NCBI GenBank assembly: GCA_951406725.2
Contig: OX597820.1
Span: forward strand, 68,882,001-68,946,000
Source of the DNA: Octopus vulgaris
Taxonomy: Eukaryota
DNA length: 64,000 bases
Direction of reading: 5' to 3'
Position numbers and translations under genes: made by a program. Shown here piece by piece: positions 1-11,370 of this stretch (positions are counted from its first letter, which is position 1; each line of letters starts with the position of its first letter). The notes below the pieces were generated by a model that worked only from the letters and a program-made list of their open reading frames with translations, made no database searches and was not told the DNA's origin.

Positions 1-329
1 CGTGTCGTCACCTGGCAAAACACAAACATAACATTGTAACAGCAATGATTCACTTTAATCAGAAACATCATTTAATGCTATTTACATGGTTTTTAATTGC
101 AAGTGATATAGCGGTGGAACTCCACTTGATGTAATCCGTGCAGCACGGTCCACCTGTAGCTCTCTCTCTTCTAAGCAACGATATATTTGCCTAGTGCAAC
201 AGTCCAATGTTATGTTGTCTCAACCGGCAATATATATATATATATTATATTAATAAATAAAACATATGCATATATATATACATATATACATACCTCTACA
301 TGTATATATACACGCATATATGAGTACAG

Positions 330-890
330 GACATCTCAGCCCTCATTCTTTGATTTCCTTTTCTTCTACTTAACTGTTTCTCCCTCTCTCTCACTCTTCA
401 CTCTCTCTCATTCTTCATGGTTTCCTCACAACCATTCCCCTTTCTTCTTTCCCTTTCTCTTGCTCCTCCTCCTCCTCCCTCCCGTCGTGACCCGCGACGA
501 GAGCTCCGCTACTGTCTTTCTAGCCTGACCTTCTTGAGGTGTGGACGGCAATTTTCTTAGCTCCGTTCGCCGTTCACAGAAATTAGCGTTCGTAATACTT
601 TTTTTCGTTCGGCGTTAACAGCTCTTCTTGTCTTATTATTTTCCTTGTCCTGTCTTTTACTGCTTATATTTTGTACTGTCGTTACTGTCCTGGTTTTGTT
701 ACCATTTTACCTCTCTGCAAAAAGATCTCAAATTTTATTTGATTTGCTTTTCGCAGGAAGGAAAGTTTCTTATCGAAGATACGTCTCGCCTTCACCTTCG
801 AAACGTAGAGTAGATGAAACCATGGCGACTGAAGAAGATGAAGTTAGCCGGGTCACGAAAGATTTGCACTTCGTTTGTGTTTATCACTGA
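330..890 (+). repeat. Non-coding interspersed repeat (family H3) with two degenerate hammerhead-like motifs; homologous to 16357-16640
   Basis: 590-840 aligns by eye to 16360-16635 (TTACTGTCCTG..TTGTTACCA.TTT.ACC..CT.CGCAAAAA..TC.CAAAT.TTATTT.ATTTGCTTT.CG..G.AAGGA...GAGTAGATGAAAC..G..G.C.ACTG..GAAG). Left boundary is approximate. Confidence 0.6.
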
Positions 891-1141
891 CACTGCATTG
901 ATACGGTTATTAACACTGCGGCTATTTTTGTGCATGTGAAATGGAATTTGTTTAGACAGAAAATGATAGTATTGCAAAAATATTCTGCTGTGTGGCAAAT
1001 GTGTCTGTGTGTTTGTTGGCAAATGTAGCCGAACGAGTCAATAAACCAACAAAAATTCTCCGGCTGTGGTTGGTTCAATCCTAAAAACTAAGACACACAC
1101 ACACACGCGTATACACACACATACATATGCACACATTCACT

Positions 1142-1191
<50 letters not shown>

Positions 1192-1584
1192 TGGATGTGT
1201 AAAAGCAGTGCATTAGTTGCCTGACAGAAAATCCTGTAATTTGTTCTCAAGAAATAGAAACGTGAAAAATTCTCAACACACTGATTGGTGTATTTTTCAT
1301 TCATATATATTTATTGTCTGTTGATAGCACGCAGTCCAAATTAATTATTAGCAATTTGAACGATTGTTTAAATTCACAAGTCCAACACTCCTAACAAGCC
1401 TTCACCAATTTGTGGATTAAACTACGAACTCAAAAATTTAGTCGTTTATTTAGTGGGTTATATTGAGGACGATCTTGACATGTTATTCCACCTTTAGAGT
1501 TCATGAATACATTCCTTTATTTCAATAACATTTTTGGCTTTGTTAAACGAAGTTAAGGCAAAAAAACTTCTTAATTAATTTATA

Positions 1585-1726
1585 CAGGCTTCTTTCAGTT
1601 ATTGTCTACCAAAATCCATTTTTGGTTTTTCTCCTTCCAGGGTTTTAGAAGTCACTTCCCCAAGGACTGAACCCAAAACCACGTGATTGAGAAACAAACT
1701 TCTTACCACACAGCCACAGCTGCATC
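1585..1726 (-). mobile_element. Degenerate 5' fragment of tRNA-derived SINE family A
   Basis: GGCTTCTTTCAGTT..GTCTACCAAA...CACTT.CCCAAGG...ACTGAACCC...CTTACCACACAGCCAC matches the reverse complement of the family A head at 37848. Confidence 0.7.
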
Positions 1727-1740
1727 TATATATACATATA

Positions 1741-2967
1741 TAAGGGTTGGACAAAATAATGGAAACAACTAGCATCATAGCATCATAATTTTGAAATATC
1801 TATAAAACCACCGACAGCTTGTTTATTTTTAGGTTTTTTTTGTTTTATTATAAGTGTTGCTTAATATGTTTTGCTAAAATTGCTGTTTCTTCTCAGATAT
1901 CATCAGAAAAAATTAAAATTCTTTAAAATGACACATCTATCGGACTTTCAAAGAGGTCAAATTGTTGGTGCGCGTGTGACAGGCGCTAGCGTAACGAAAA
2001 CAGCCGAAATGTTTGGTGTATCAAGAAGAAGCGTATCGAATGTAATGACAGCATTTGAGAAAGAGGGAAAAGCCTCCTCGTCGAACCAAAATTTCTAAAG
2101 GAAACCAAAACTTTCAGATACGGACCGTCGGACTATAGCGCGAATTGTTAGAAAGGATCACAAAAGTACAGCTCTCAAAATTACTGCAGAGCATAATGAC
2201 CACCTCAAGAACCCAGTTTCTGCAAAAAGTGTTCACCGGGAGCTGCACAAAGCCGGATTTCACGGGAGGGCTGCAATCAGAAAACCACTACTTTCAAAAA
2301 CAAACGTTGCAAAGCGTTTAAAGTGGAGTAAAATCCTACATAATTGGTCTCTAGAGCTGTACAAGAATGCTATTCTCTCGGACGAATAATTCTTCACCTT
2401 ATCTCCGACCACCGGCCGAGTATACATGTGGAGATAGCCAAAAAGAAACATTTGACCCAGACTGCCTTCTTCCAACGGTTAAACATGGAGGAGGATCTGT
2501 GATGATCTGGGGCTATATCTTGATAATCCGCCGGACCAATGGTTTCTTTTCATAGCAGAATTAATAGTCCTATGGTTGCGGAAATGTTTCCGGAGGGAAA
2601 CGCAATCTTTCAGTATGATAATTCACCAATTCACACAGCTAAAGTTGTTGCTGAATGGCACGAGGAACATTCTAGTGAAGTTGAACATCTTATCTGGTCA
2701 GCACCGTCCCCAGATCTCAATATTATTGAACATTTATGGTGCACTTTAGAAGAACAAGTAAGGAGTCAATATCCTCCACCATCATCACTACAATACCTGG
2801 AGACTGCTTTAGCTGAAGAATGGACAAAAATTCCTTTGGAAACAATTCAAACTTTGTACGAATCCATACCTCGAAGAATTCAACCTGTAAATGCTGCGAA
2901 AGTCGGTCCCATATTAAAATAAATTTGTTTGAAATTTTAAGGTGTTTCTATTATTTTGTCCAACCCT

Positions 2968-2969
<2 letters not shown>
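1741..2969 (+). mobile_element. Tc1/mariner-superfamily DNA transposon, DD36E (Incomer-like), decayed
   Basis: About 29-bp TIRs: TAAGGGTTGGACAAAATAATGGAAACAAC (1741) versus reverse complement of GGTGTTTCTATTATTTTGTCCAACCCTTG (2941-2969), with TA on both sides. The interior encodes Tc1 transposase motifs. Confidence 0.95.
1928..2922 (+). pseudogene. Tc1-type transposase pseudogene (stops, frameshift, short internal deletion)
   Basis: MTHLSDFQRGQIVGAR..SVTKTAEMFGVSR (HTH), RKPLLSK, SDE, PTVKHGGGSVMIWG, FQYDNSPIH, SPDLNIIEHLW. In-frame TAA at 2096 and later stops. Residues appear missing between RINS and PMV. Confidence 0.92.
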
Positions 2970-3029
<60 letters not shown>

Positions 3030-3034
3030 TATAT

Positions 3035-3408
3035 ACTCTTACTCTTTTACTCTTTTACTTGTTTCAGCCATCCGACTGCGGCCATGCTGGAGCACCACCT
3101 TTTAGTACTTATTCTATCGGTCTCTTTTTGCCGAACCGCTAAGTGACGGGGACGTAAACACACCGGCATCGGTTGTCAAGCAACGCCAGGGGAACAAACA
3201 CAGACACACAAACACACACACATATACATATATATACATATATACGACAGGCTTCTTTCAGTTTCCGTCTACCAAATCAACTCACAAGGCATTGGTCGAC
3301 CCGGGGCTATAGCAGAAGACACTTGCCCAAGATGCCACGCAGTGGGACTGAACCTGCAACCGTGTGGTTGGTTAGCAAGCTACTTACCACACAGCCACTC
3401 CTGCGCCT
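3035..3408 (-). mobile_element. tRNA-derived SINE family A, near full length
   Basis: Minus strand has an A-box TGGCTGTGTGG, B-box GGTTCAGTCC, CORE-like TTGGGCAAGTGTCTT, an internal microsatellite and the tail GGTGCTCCAGCATGGCCGCAGTC..GAAACAAG(TAAAAGAG)n. Confidence 0.9.
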
Positions 3409-3467
3409 ATATATATATATTTATATATATATATATATATATACATACATATATATATATATATACG

Positions 3468-3653
3468 TACATACATACATACACACATACATACATACAT
3501 ACATACATACATACATACATACATACATACATACATACATACATACATACATACATACATACATACATACATACATACATACATACATACATACATACAT
3601 ACATACATACATACATACATACATACATACATACATACATACATACATACATA
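3468..3653. repeat. (TACA)n microsatellite, about 45 units
   Basis: Directly visible. Representative of dozens of (TA)n, (CA)n, (TATC)n, (TATG)n, (AAT)n and (TAG)n tracts in the window. Confidence 0.98.
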
Positions 3654-4758
3654 CACGAGATTTCTCGTCAGATAAGTATTTTTGATTCATTTTCTTTTCT
3701 TTGAGACTAATAATTAGTTCGAAGTTAAATATTCCAAACCTGTCAAAATCTTGTATTAATTAATTAAGAACTGCGATCTTATTGTGTGATCTCTTTACTC
3801 TAGAACACTTCGTGTCAGTTATGTTACTCAGCATCCAAAATTATTTACATCAAGCGATTTCTAATCCTTCTAAACTTCATTGGTGCTATCGAAAGCGTTT
3901 GGTGCAAAAAATACTTGAAGATTTCTTATGTTTCTTTCATCTATAAGAGGATCCGATCTTGGCATTATACACAATCAAACAAGCAAATTATTCACCATTT
4001 AGAGGTTGTTTGATTAATGTTCTCTCACTCAGTCGTTCTCTCTTTGTTCTTACACAATTTGCTTCAAGGTATATTGGCAGGTAATAATCAAAGATTTACA
4101 AAGGGAGCCGCATATAACCTGTGATAGTCACCGAACACATGCCTCCTTAGCCTAAAAACAGATATTTTATCCAATCAGCCATTTTGTCTCTTCCTCTTTG
4201 TTGCGATGATGAAATTTTGTTAAAATCTATTCAAATCAGAGATAAGGTTCGGCAAAATAGAATGAATTATCTTTATCATTGATTAAATGAAAATCTGGAA
4301 AAAAACAAAACAAAAAAATATGGTGGCGGTCTCGATAGAATTAGGGCCTAGATTATTTTATTACTAAAAGCCAATTTAATTATCAGTCAAGCCGCTGCTT
4401 ACGTAATAAAAATAAACGTGCCACATGCAAGAACTGGAAATACACGAGAAAGCAAAACTAGGTTTTCGAGAAAAGGAAGACAGGACGAGAGAGAAAGAGA
4501 GGGAGAGAAAGAGAGAGTGAGAGTGAGAGAGGAGCAGTTTTTTAAAGTAACACTTAATTTTATTAATATGCTTGCTTCTTTTTTTAAATAACAATCAAAA
4601 GAATAATAGAAGATAATCAATAAATTCAAATATTGTTCTCATCCCACAAGGAAAAAAATGAGAGAAAATTATAGATATTACAGATGAATAAAAATGGGAA
4701 ATTATTTCTCTAGCCGATAGACTTCTAAAGAATACTTGCACACACACACACACACATG

Positions 4759-4830
<72 letters not shown>

Positions 4831-5000
4831 AGTGTGTGTGCGCGGGTGTTTGTGTGTCTGTGTTTGTGTGTGCGTGCAGACACGCATACTCATACAGATA
4901 TATGATTGCGTGTGTATGTATGTTAGGGTGAGTCTGTTTATAACTGGAATGCTTACTTTCTTGTCAGAGCCTGTACTAGTATTATGTATGTGCATGTGTT

Positions 5001-5081
<81 letters not shown>

Positions 5082-5867
5082 CTACGTAGTTGTATGGATT
5101 TGTGGTTATACCCTTATGTAAATGTCTGTTTGCGCAATGTATACAGAATACAGGTATAAGGCGATTTAAAATGCATTTTCTTTCTAACGCGAGAATTATT
5201 TAGACGATGGCATACATCGAACAAAATGGAAAGGCGTAGATGACGAACAATCTGAAGTATAACAACTCTACCCCTTCCTCCCTCTCCCCTAGAGTTGTGA
5301 AGAAAGTACAAGAAAGAAGAAATATAAACTCACAAATGCATACATGAAAATCTACGAGAAGCATACATAAATACATACATACGTACATACTTTTACACAC
5401 AAACACATATGTTTACACACACACATCTCTATATATACATATTGTTGTCTTTGACGTACTTTAATTCACTTCATAACACAGTAAAATATTTGGCACAAAA
5501 TACTTTATTTAAAACAAGCGCTTTTTATAACATTACAATTTGTTTTCAGTCAACTGCCGTTTATTATTATTAGATATTTCCTTTATCTTTTCATATCACA
5601 TTTATGGCTCGGAGTTCCAAATTTCGTTTGTAGATTTCCGATACTACAGAAATGTTTCTCTTTATTTTTATTTTTGCAGTTTTTCTTCCGTTTAAATTTT
5701 CTTTTATATAAAACCAACGAGCCCAAGTTATTAAATATAAATATACTAACTGTGAGACCCTTATAGAATAATAATTAGGAATCAACAAAGTTTAATTGTA
5801 GAATTTAGGACTAAGGGTTCCATTTTTGCCTCCTCATGTTTTGCTAAAATGCATATGAAAAAGTAAA

Positions 5868-5951
5868 GCAGCAGTAGGAGTAGTAATAGTAGAAGCAGCA
5901 GCAGCAGCAGTAGTAGTAATGGTAGTAGTAGTAATGGTAGTAGTAGTAATG

Positions 5952-6007
<56 letters not shown>

Positions 6008-6055
6008 CACCGCTGTCGTCGTAATAGTAGTACTAGTAATATTAGTAGTAGTAAC
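5868..6055. repeat. Compound (GCA)n/(GTA)n trinucleotide tract
   Basis: Directly visible. Explains the poly-T and poly-V ORFs. Confidence 0.95.
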
Positions 6056-6141
6056 GGCTGAGGGTTTCTTGATTTTTAAAATATTCAATGATTCATGTAT
6101 TTCTTCAGCCAAAAGCATGCATATGTGTTAATCTTGGAAGC

Positions 6142-6228
6142 TCATGAATCGCTGCTGTAGCATTCTGCTCTCGCAATACAAGAACATAAATGGGTGGCCT
6201 TCAGTTTCGTATCGTCTTCCATGTGAAC
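6142..6228 (-). CDS. Candidate terminal coding exon (VHMEDDTKLKATHLCSCIARAECYSSDS*), unverified
   Basis: Good acceptor TTTATTTTACAG|G at 6229/6228 in non-repetitive sequence. AATAAA signals downstream on the minus strand near 5660-5672. No recognisable domain. Confidence 0.25.
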   Translation of the reverse strand, partial: VHMEDDTKLKATHLCSCIARAECYSSDS

Positions 6229-6793
6229 CTGTAAAATAAAATATATAATAAAAATGCCATATACATATTTCAAATGAGCATATTTCATACGTGACAAATT
6301 TTGATTAATTTTTGTTATACACAGACGATGGGTTTATGTGGCATGATCAAGTTTGGTCTATAAAACACGTTTTTTTTTTTCACTTCAAAACAAATGAGAG
6401 ATAGATATTCACCTGCACAGTATTATATTGTGAGACAAAATGTTACGAACCACAGCGAGTATTTTCACGGAGTTTATACACACACATGCGAACACATGCA
6501 TTTACAAACACACGTATATATTTATATATGAATAAATGTAACTATAATATATATTAAGTATATATGTATATTTAAGTATAAGAACTCAGCGTTGAATATA
6601 TCTTATCCAACTCTACTTTGGTCTATTGAGAACTTATCGTTGAATTTCACTCACACATATATCTGTGTTTGTGTGTGTTTGTGTAAATTTGCGTGTGTGT
6701 GTGTGCATGACAGTCAAAGGAAACGATTGCGAAGGGAATCACCCAACAGATAATAACAGAAAGCATAACAAAGTTGAAAAGATACTTTCCATC

Positions 6794-6945
6794 ATAGATT
6801 ATTTACATTCGACAGATATCTGTCCTCATCACTTAACCACTACGCCATATACTCACGACATATGGCGTAGTGCTTAAGAGATGAGGACAGAGCGCGGGCT
6901 ACTAACCCCAAGATTCCGAGTTCGATTCCAAGCAGAGACCTGAAC

Positions 6946-7003
<58 letters not shown>

Positions 7004-7175
7004 TCGAAAAATACCTTACGAATGAGAACCCAGGTTCGAAATTTCCCCCAAGACACCTGAAGAAGGCTGGAAGGTATATCAACCGAAACGTTGTGTTAAC
7101 AGCAAACATGATGAGGACAAATAGCCGTCGAATGTAAATAGTGTACATAATTCCTCATCTTTTAAATGTAGAACT
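6794..7175 (+). mobile_element. Composite short retroelement: inverted tail copy + fold-back + tRNA-like Pol III head + (AAT)n + hammerhead module (family H1)
   Basis: 12-bp direct repeat ATACTTTCCATC at 6782-6793 and 7176-7187. A-box-like TGGCGTAGTGCTT (6863), B-box GAGTTCGATTCC (about 6918), (AAT)n 6946-7001, hammerhead motif 7052-7097. Confidence 0.85.
7052..7097 (+). ncRNA. Minimal type-I hammerhead ribozyme motif
   Basis: GACAC-CUGAAGA-A-GGCUG(loop)CAACC-GAAAC-GUU^-GUGUU. Stem I is GACAC/GUGUU, stem II has one mismatch, and stem III is reduced to palindromic AACGUU. Activity untested. Confidence 0.7.
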
Positions 7176-7802
7176 ATACTTTCCATCGGTTACAATGGAA
7201 AGAATGCAATTTACATAGTTCGATAGATACAAACTAACGAATATTTATGTGTGTGTGAGTGTGTTATGTGTGTGCGTTGGATTTGTAACCTTTAATTCTT
7301 GATGTCATTAGTATTTTGAGTATTTCGGACTTTTTTGTCACTAAACGTATGTACACGTTTTATACTTAGTTTATTAAATATTCTTTGTATATAGAGCTGC
7401 CTAACTTGCTTATCCTTCCATTTACCATTTTACCTGTTCAAGTTTAAATCTTTTGACCACTACTAGGTGTATTCTATACGGAGGATATCCGATTCTCATC
7501 TGGGAATTATACACACATATATGCACATACGTAATTAGTTGTGTAATCCGCTATATAATAAATGTAGGTGGTAAATATGGAAGAGCAACAGTTTCCAAGC
7601 AAGCAACTGACCAGCGAACACTTATTTTAGAATTACAATCTGCCGGGGAGTCAGGAATAATATGCACGATTTTTCCTAAATTTCACATGTACCATACATC
7701 GATTTTTCTCAACAGAATCACAGTAGTAGAGCATTATTCCTTTCTGAAGTAACACCTTCTTCCTTATAGGAAGAATTATAATAATTAAAGTAACAAAGGT
7801 AC

Positions 7803-7949
<147 letters not shown>

Positions 7950-7988
7950 GTACATATATACATATATATACATATATATACATACATA

Positions 7989-8022
<34 letters not shown>

Positions 8023-8320
8023 AAAATATATTTTTATAAACACACACTCCCACATGTTTTACGTATGCCAATTATATTTCCACGTTGATATCATTATAAT
8101 TGGATGAAACTAGTATTAATTTTATTTATATTTTTATCTATTTATGTATTATTATTTTTTTTTTTCATAATTTGTTGTAATAATTTCTAAAGAATCCGCA
8201 TTGATTTCAGTGCTAATCAGGATATATAATGGGTGTCTTTTGTTTGCATAGCCTTGTTTATGTGTGTGAAAAACCATGAGTGCGCGTGCGTGAGTGTACA
8301 TGTATATAGAAACGCATACT

Positions 8321-8368
<48 letters not shown>

Positions 8369-8408
8369 TACGTATCTATCTATCTATCTAACTACATATA
8401 TGTATATA

Positions 8409-8575
<167 letters not shown>

Positions 8576-9052
8576 CTATCTTTGTGTGCGTTGCTGTATC
8601 AGTGCGTTTCAATGTGAGCATGAGGAAATATAGATTATATGAGTATGAAGAAAATATTTCCTTGATTTCTTAGTTAATTTTAAGCTATTTTAAACTATTC
8701 TATGTACTTCAGTAATTGATAAATTGCTTTTCTCACTAATGGATAATAACAATCAACTGTTTTGTATGCGGGTACATACTTTAGCATGTGTGCAGAGACC
8801 TTGGCACGGTGCATTCGCACACAGTCTTATGTCATTTAATATTCTTGTATATGCCCGAACAGAAGTCTCTCCTTGTGTGTGTTTGAGTGCATGGCGTATG
8901 CCTGGGTATATGTGATTACCTATCTCCCTATCTGACTGTGTTTCTATAAATCTGTCGGTCTGTCACGCTTCTCTCCCTTTACATATATACATACCACTCA
9001 TACACATGCGCGCACAGACGAACACACAAAGACATGCACGCGCACACACACA

Positions 9053-9103
<51 letters not shown>

Positions 9104-9129
9104 ATTAGAATTAATTAAATACGAAAAAC

Positions 9130-9282
9130 AGCATTTTATGCTTATAAAACCTACACGCGTTTCAGTATGTCACTACCAGGATTATGTAATTGATAAATTA
9201 CATCTTCAGTATTTAGCAAACAACACAAGGTCTGGGTTGCTCCTATATACACATATTCATGTTATGTATTCTTAATTGCTAT
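9130..9282 (-). repeat. Old interspersed repeat (family H4), homologous to 13027-13210
   Basis: Shared TTTTATG.TTATAAAA..TA.ACGCGTTTC.G.A...CACT.CCAGG...TCTTCAGT.TTTAGCA.A.AA.A.A..GGT.TG. Confidence 0.6.
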
Positions 9283-10395
9283 GTCAGAGGAAACAGAGCA
9301 ACTGTGATGATGATTCACAGCATCCCTTGGCACTGGGTAGAACATTATTCACATAGTGAAGGTCTGTATCGAAATGAATGCGCTCAATCAAAGGAATCTA
9401 AACGGATGTTTCTGGTGTTAAAGAGGGTCATGGCTGATGTGTACAACTAATGGAGACGGTTTTCCCGTCACAAAATGTCCCCACGAAAGCTTTGATGGAC
9501 CCAAATATGTAGAAGACATCCCAACTCCGGTGGTCTATGAATAACAATCGAAAACAGAAGCACATTTTTCCAAAGCAATCTCGTGAAACCCTTATCAATA
9601 CCTGCATTTATTTTTATGAAGAGTTATATAAAATAATTGCGATATACAACATAAACAGGCTGTATGTTAATAACACATCCATTCCTGTATTCCTTCATGA
9701 AGAGTCAGATAAAATATTACTTATACAACATACCAGCTGTATGTATAAGATATTCAGAAGAAGCAGACCATATGTAAAATGAAGTATCAAGCATATTTTT
9801 AGATTAATGAAATAATCATTATGGCATAGGAATAGAAAGGCCTAAAAGTATTATACGATTGTGTCTACAAGTCGAGGGAAGAAAAAAGCATTAATGATTA
9901 ATGAGAGCTTCAGACTTAAAGATGTATGTGCATCTGTGTGTGTGAGTGTGTGTGTGCATGTGTGTGTATGTGTGTGCGGTCTGGCGTGAATGTAGCCCAT
10001 ATATGTATGTGCATGCGAACGAGAGTAAATGGATTACTATTTGAGCAAAGTACTTCGTTGATTGGTTATCTAATTTTAGATTGTAAGCATTCGAATTGTC
10101 TTCACTTCAGAAATTTTTTTCTTAATTAGCAATTTCTTTTTTAGCATTACGTTAATCAGGTCAGTGACTATACTTGAATATATGTATGCATCTGTGCGTG
10201 TGTGTGAATATACCTTTGTATTTATACACTTAAATATGCATATGCTTATACATACATATACATACATACATGCATATATATATATATACATATATATATA
10301 CGTATATATGTATTTATATATATGCACGTATATCAGTATATAATGTATTCATGAGTATTATGAATATATATACATATACATACATACATACATAC

Positions 10396-10442
<47 letters not shown>

Positions 10443-10663
10443 TATAATACATATATATATGTATATATATATTAAACCTGTATTAAAAACGCAACTGTAA
10501 TCTAATTCTATTTTCTTTAAATAGGACTTTTTCATTTTTGTTTACATTTTCCTATTAGTCGTTTGAGGTTTTTTTTGTAAAAAGTTCAGTTTCTAAATTC
10601 ATTTTCAACATTTCTAGATTTTCATAGGTTCATCTTCAGGCTGGTATTATATTAGCATGAATA

Positions 10664-11014
10664 AGAAGTCGAGCTGGCAGAAACGTTAGCATGCCGGGCG
10701 AAATTCTTAGCGGTATTTCGTCTGCCGTTACGTTCTGAGTTCAAATTGTGCTGAGGTCGACTTTGCCTCTCATCCTTTCGGGGTCGATAAATTAAGTACC
10801 AGTTACACACTGGGGTCGATGCAATCGACTTAATCCGTTTGTCTGTTCTTGTTTGTTCTCTCTGTGTTTAGCCCCTTGTGGGTAGTAAAGAAATAGGTAT
10901 TTCGTCGGTCCTTACAGTCTGAGCTCAAATTCCGTCGAGGTCGACTTTACCTTTCCTCCTTTCGGGGTCGATGAAATTAAGTACCAGTTGCTTACTGGGG
11001 TCCATATAATCAAC

Positions 11015-11018
<4 letters not shown>
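10664..11018 (+). mobile_element. tRNA-derived SINE family B (Deu/Nin-like central domain), internally duplicated
   Basis: GAGCTGGCAGAAACGTTAGCA..GAGTTCAAAT..GAGGTCGACTTTGCCT.TCATCCTTTCGGGGTCGATAAATTAAGTACCAGTT. The block from GGTATTTCGTC onward occurs twice (10712 and 10896). Confidence 0.85.
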
Positions 11019-11052
<34 letters not shown>

Positions 11053-11103
11053 TACACACACACGCACACATGCACAAACACACACACACACACACATATA
11101 TAT

Positions 11104-11370
11104 ATAGGGAGAATTCACAAAACAAAAAAAAAACAAAGGCGAAGACAGGTGAAGTAGACAACATACAGATCTATTAGTTTAACGCTCCGGAAGAGAAAAA
11201 GTCTTTAAGGTTTTGCGCCCACGCATTCCACAGAAAGGAAGACAGAAAGATACAAGGAGAGAAAATAAAGAATTGGTAGTGGCTAGCGATCTATCATGGC
11301 GAATGCCGGACAGAGGGTTCACACAAGAGAACAGGGAAGAAGGGGAGATAATAAAGTAGTGGAGATAATA
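11104..11370 (-). repeat. Family H2 repeat with degenerate CUGUNGA hammerhead-like motif
   Basis: Minus strand TTCCTTTCTGTGGAATGCGTGGGCGCAAAACCTTAAAGAC..GAGCGTTAAACTAATA..CACCTGTCTTCG matches 33890-34015 and 57310-57440. Confidence 0.7.

Noticed and set aside
1-30. Minus-strand acceptor-like TGTTTGTGTTTTGCCAG|GTGACG at 12/11
   Set aside because: Only 11 nt of putative exon lie inside the window, so it cannot be evaluated.
6860-6945. Possible tRNA gene
   Set aside because: It has A/B boxes but no acceptor stem or complete cloverleaf, and is part of a TSD-bounded repeat. The same applies to all SINE heads here.
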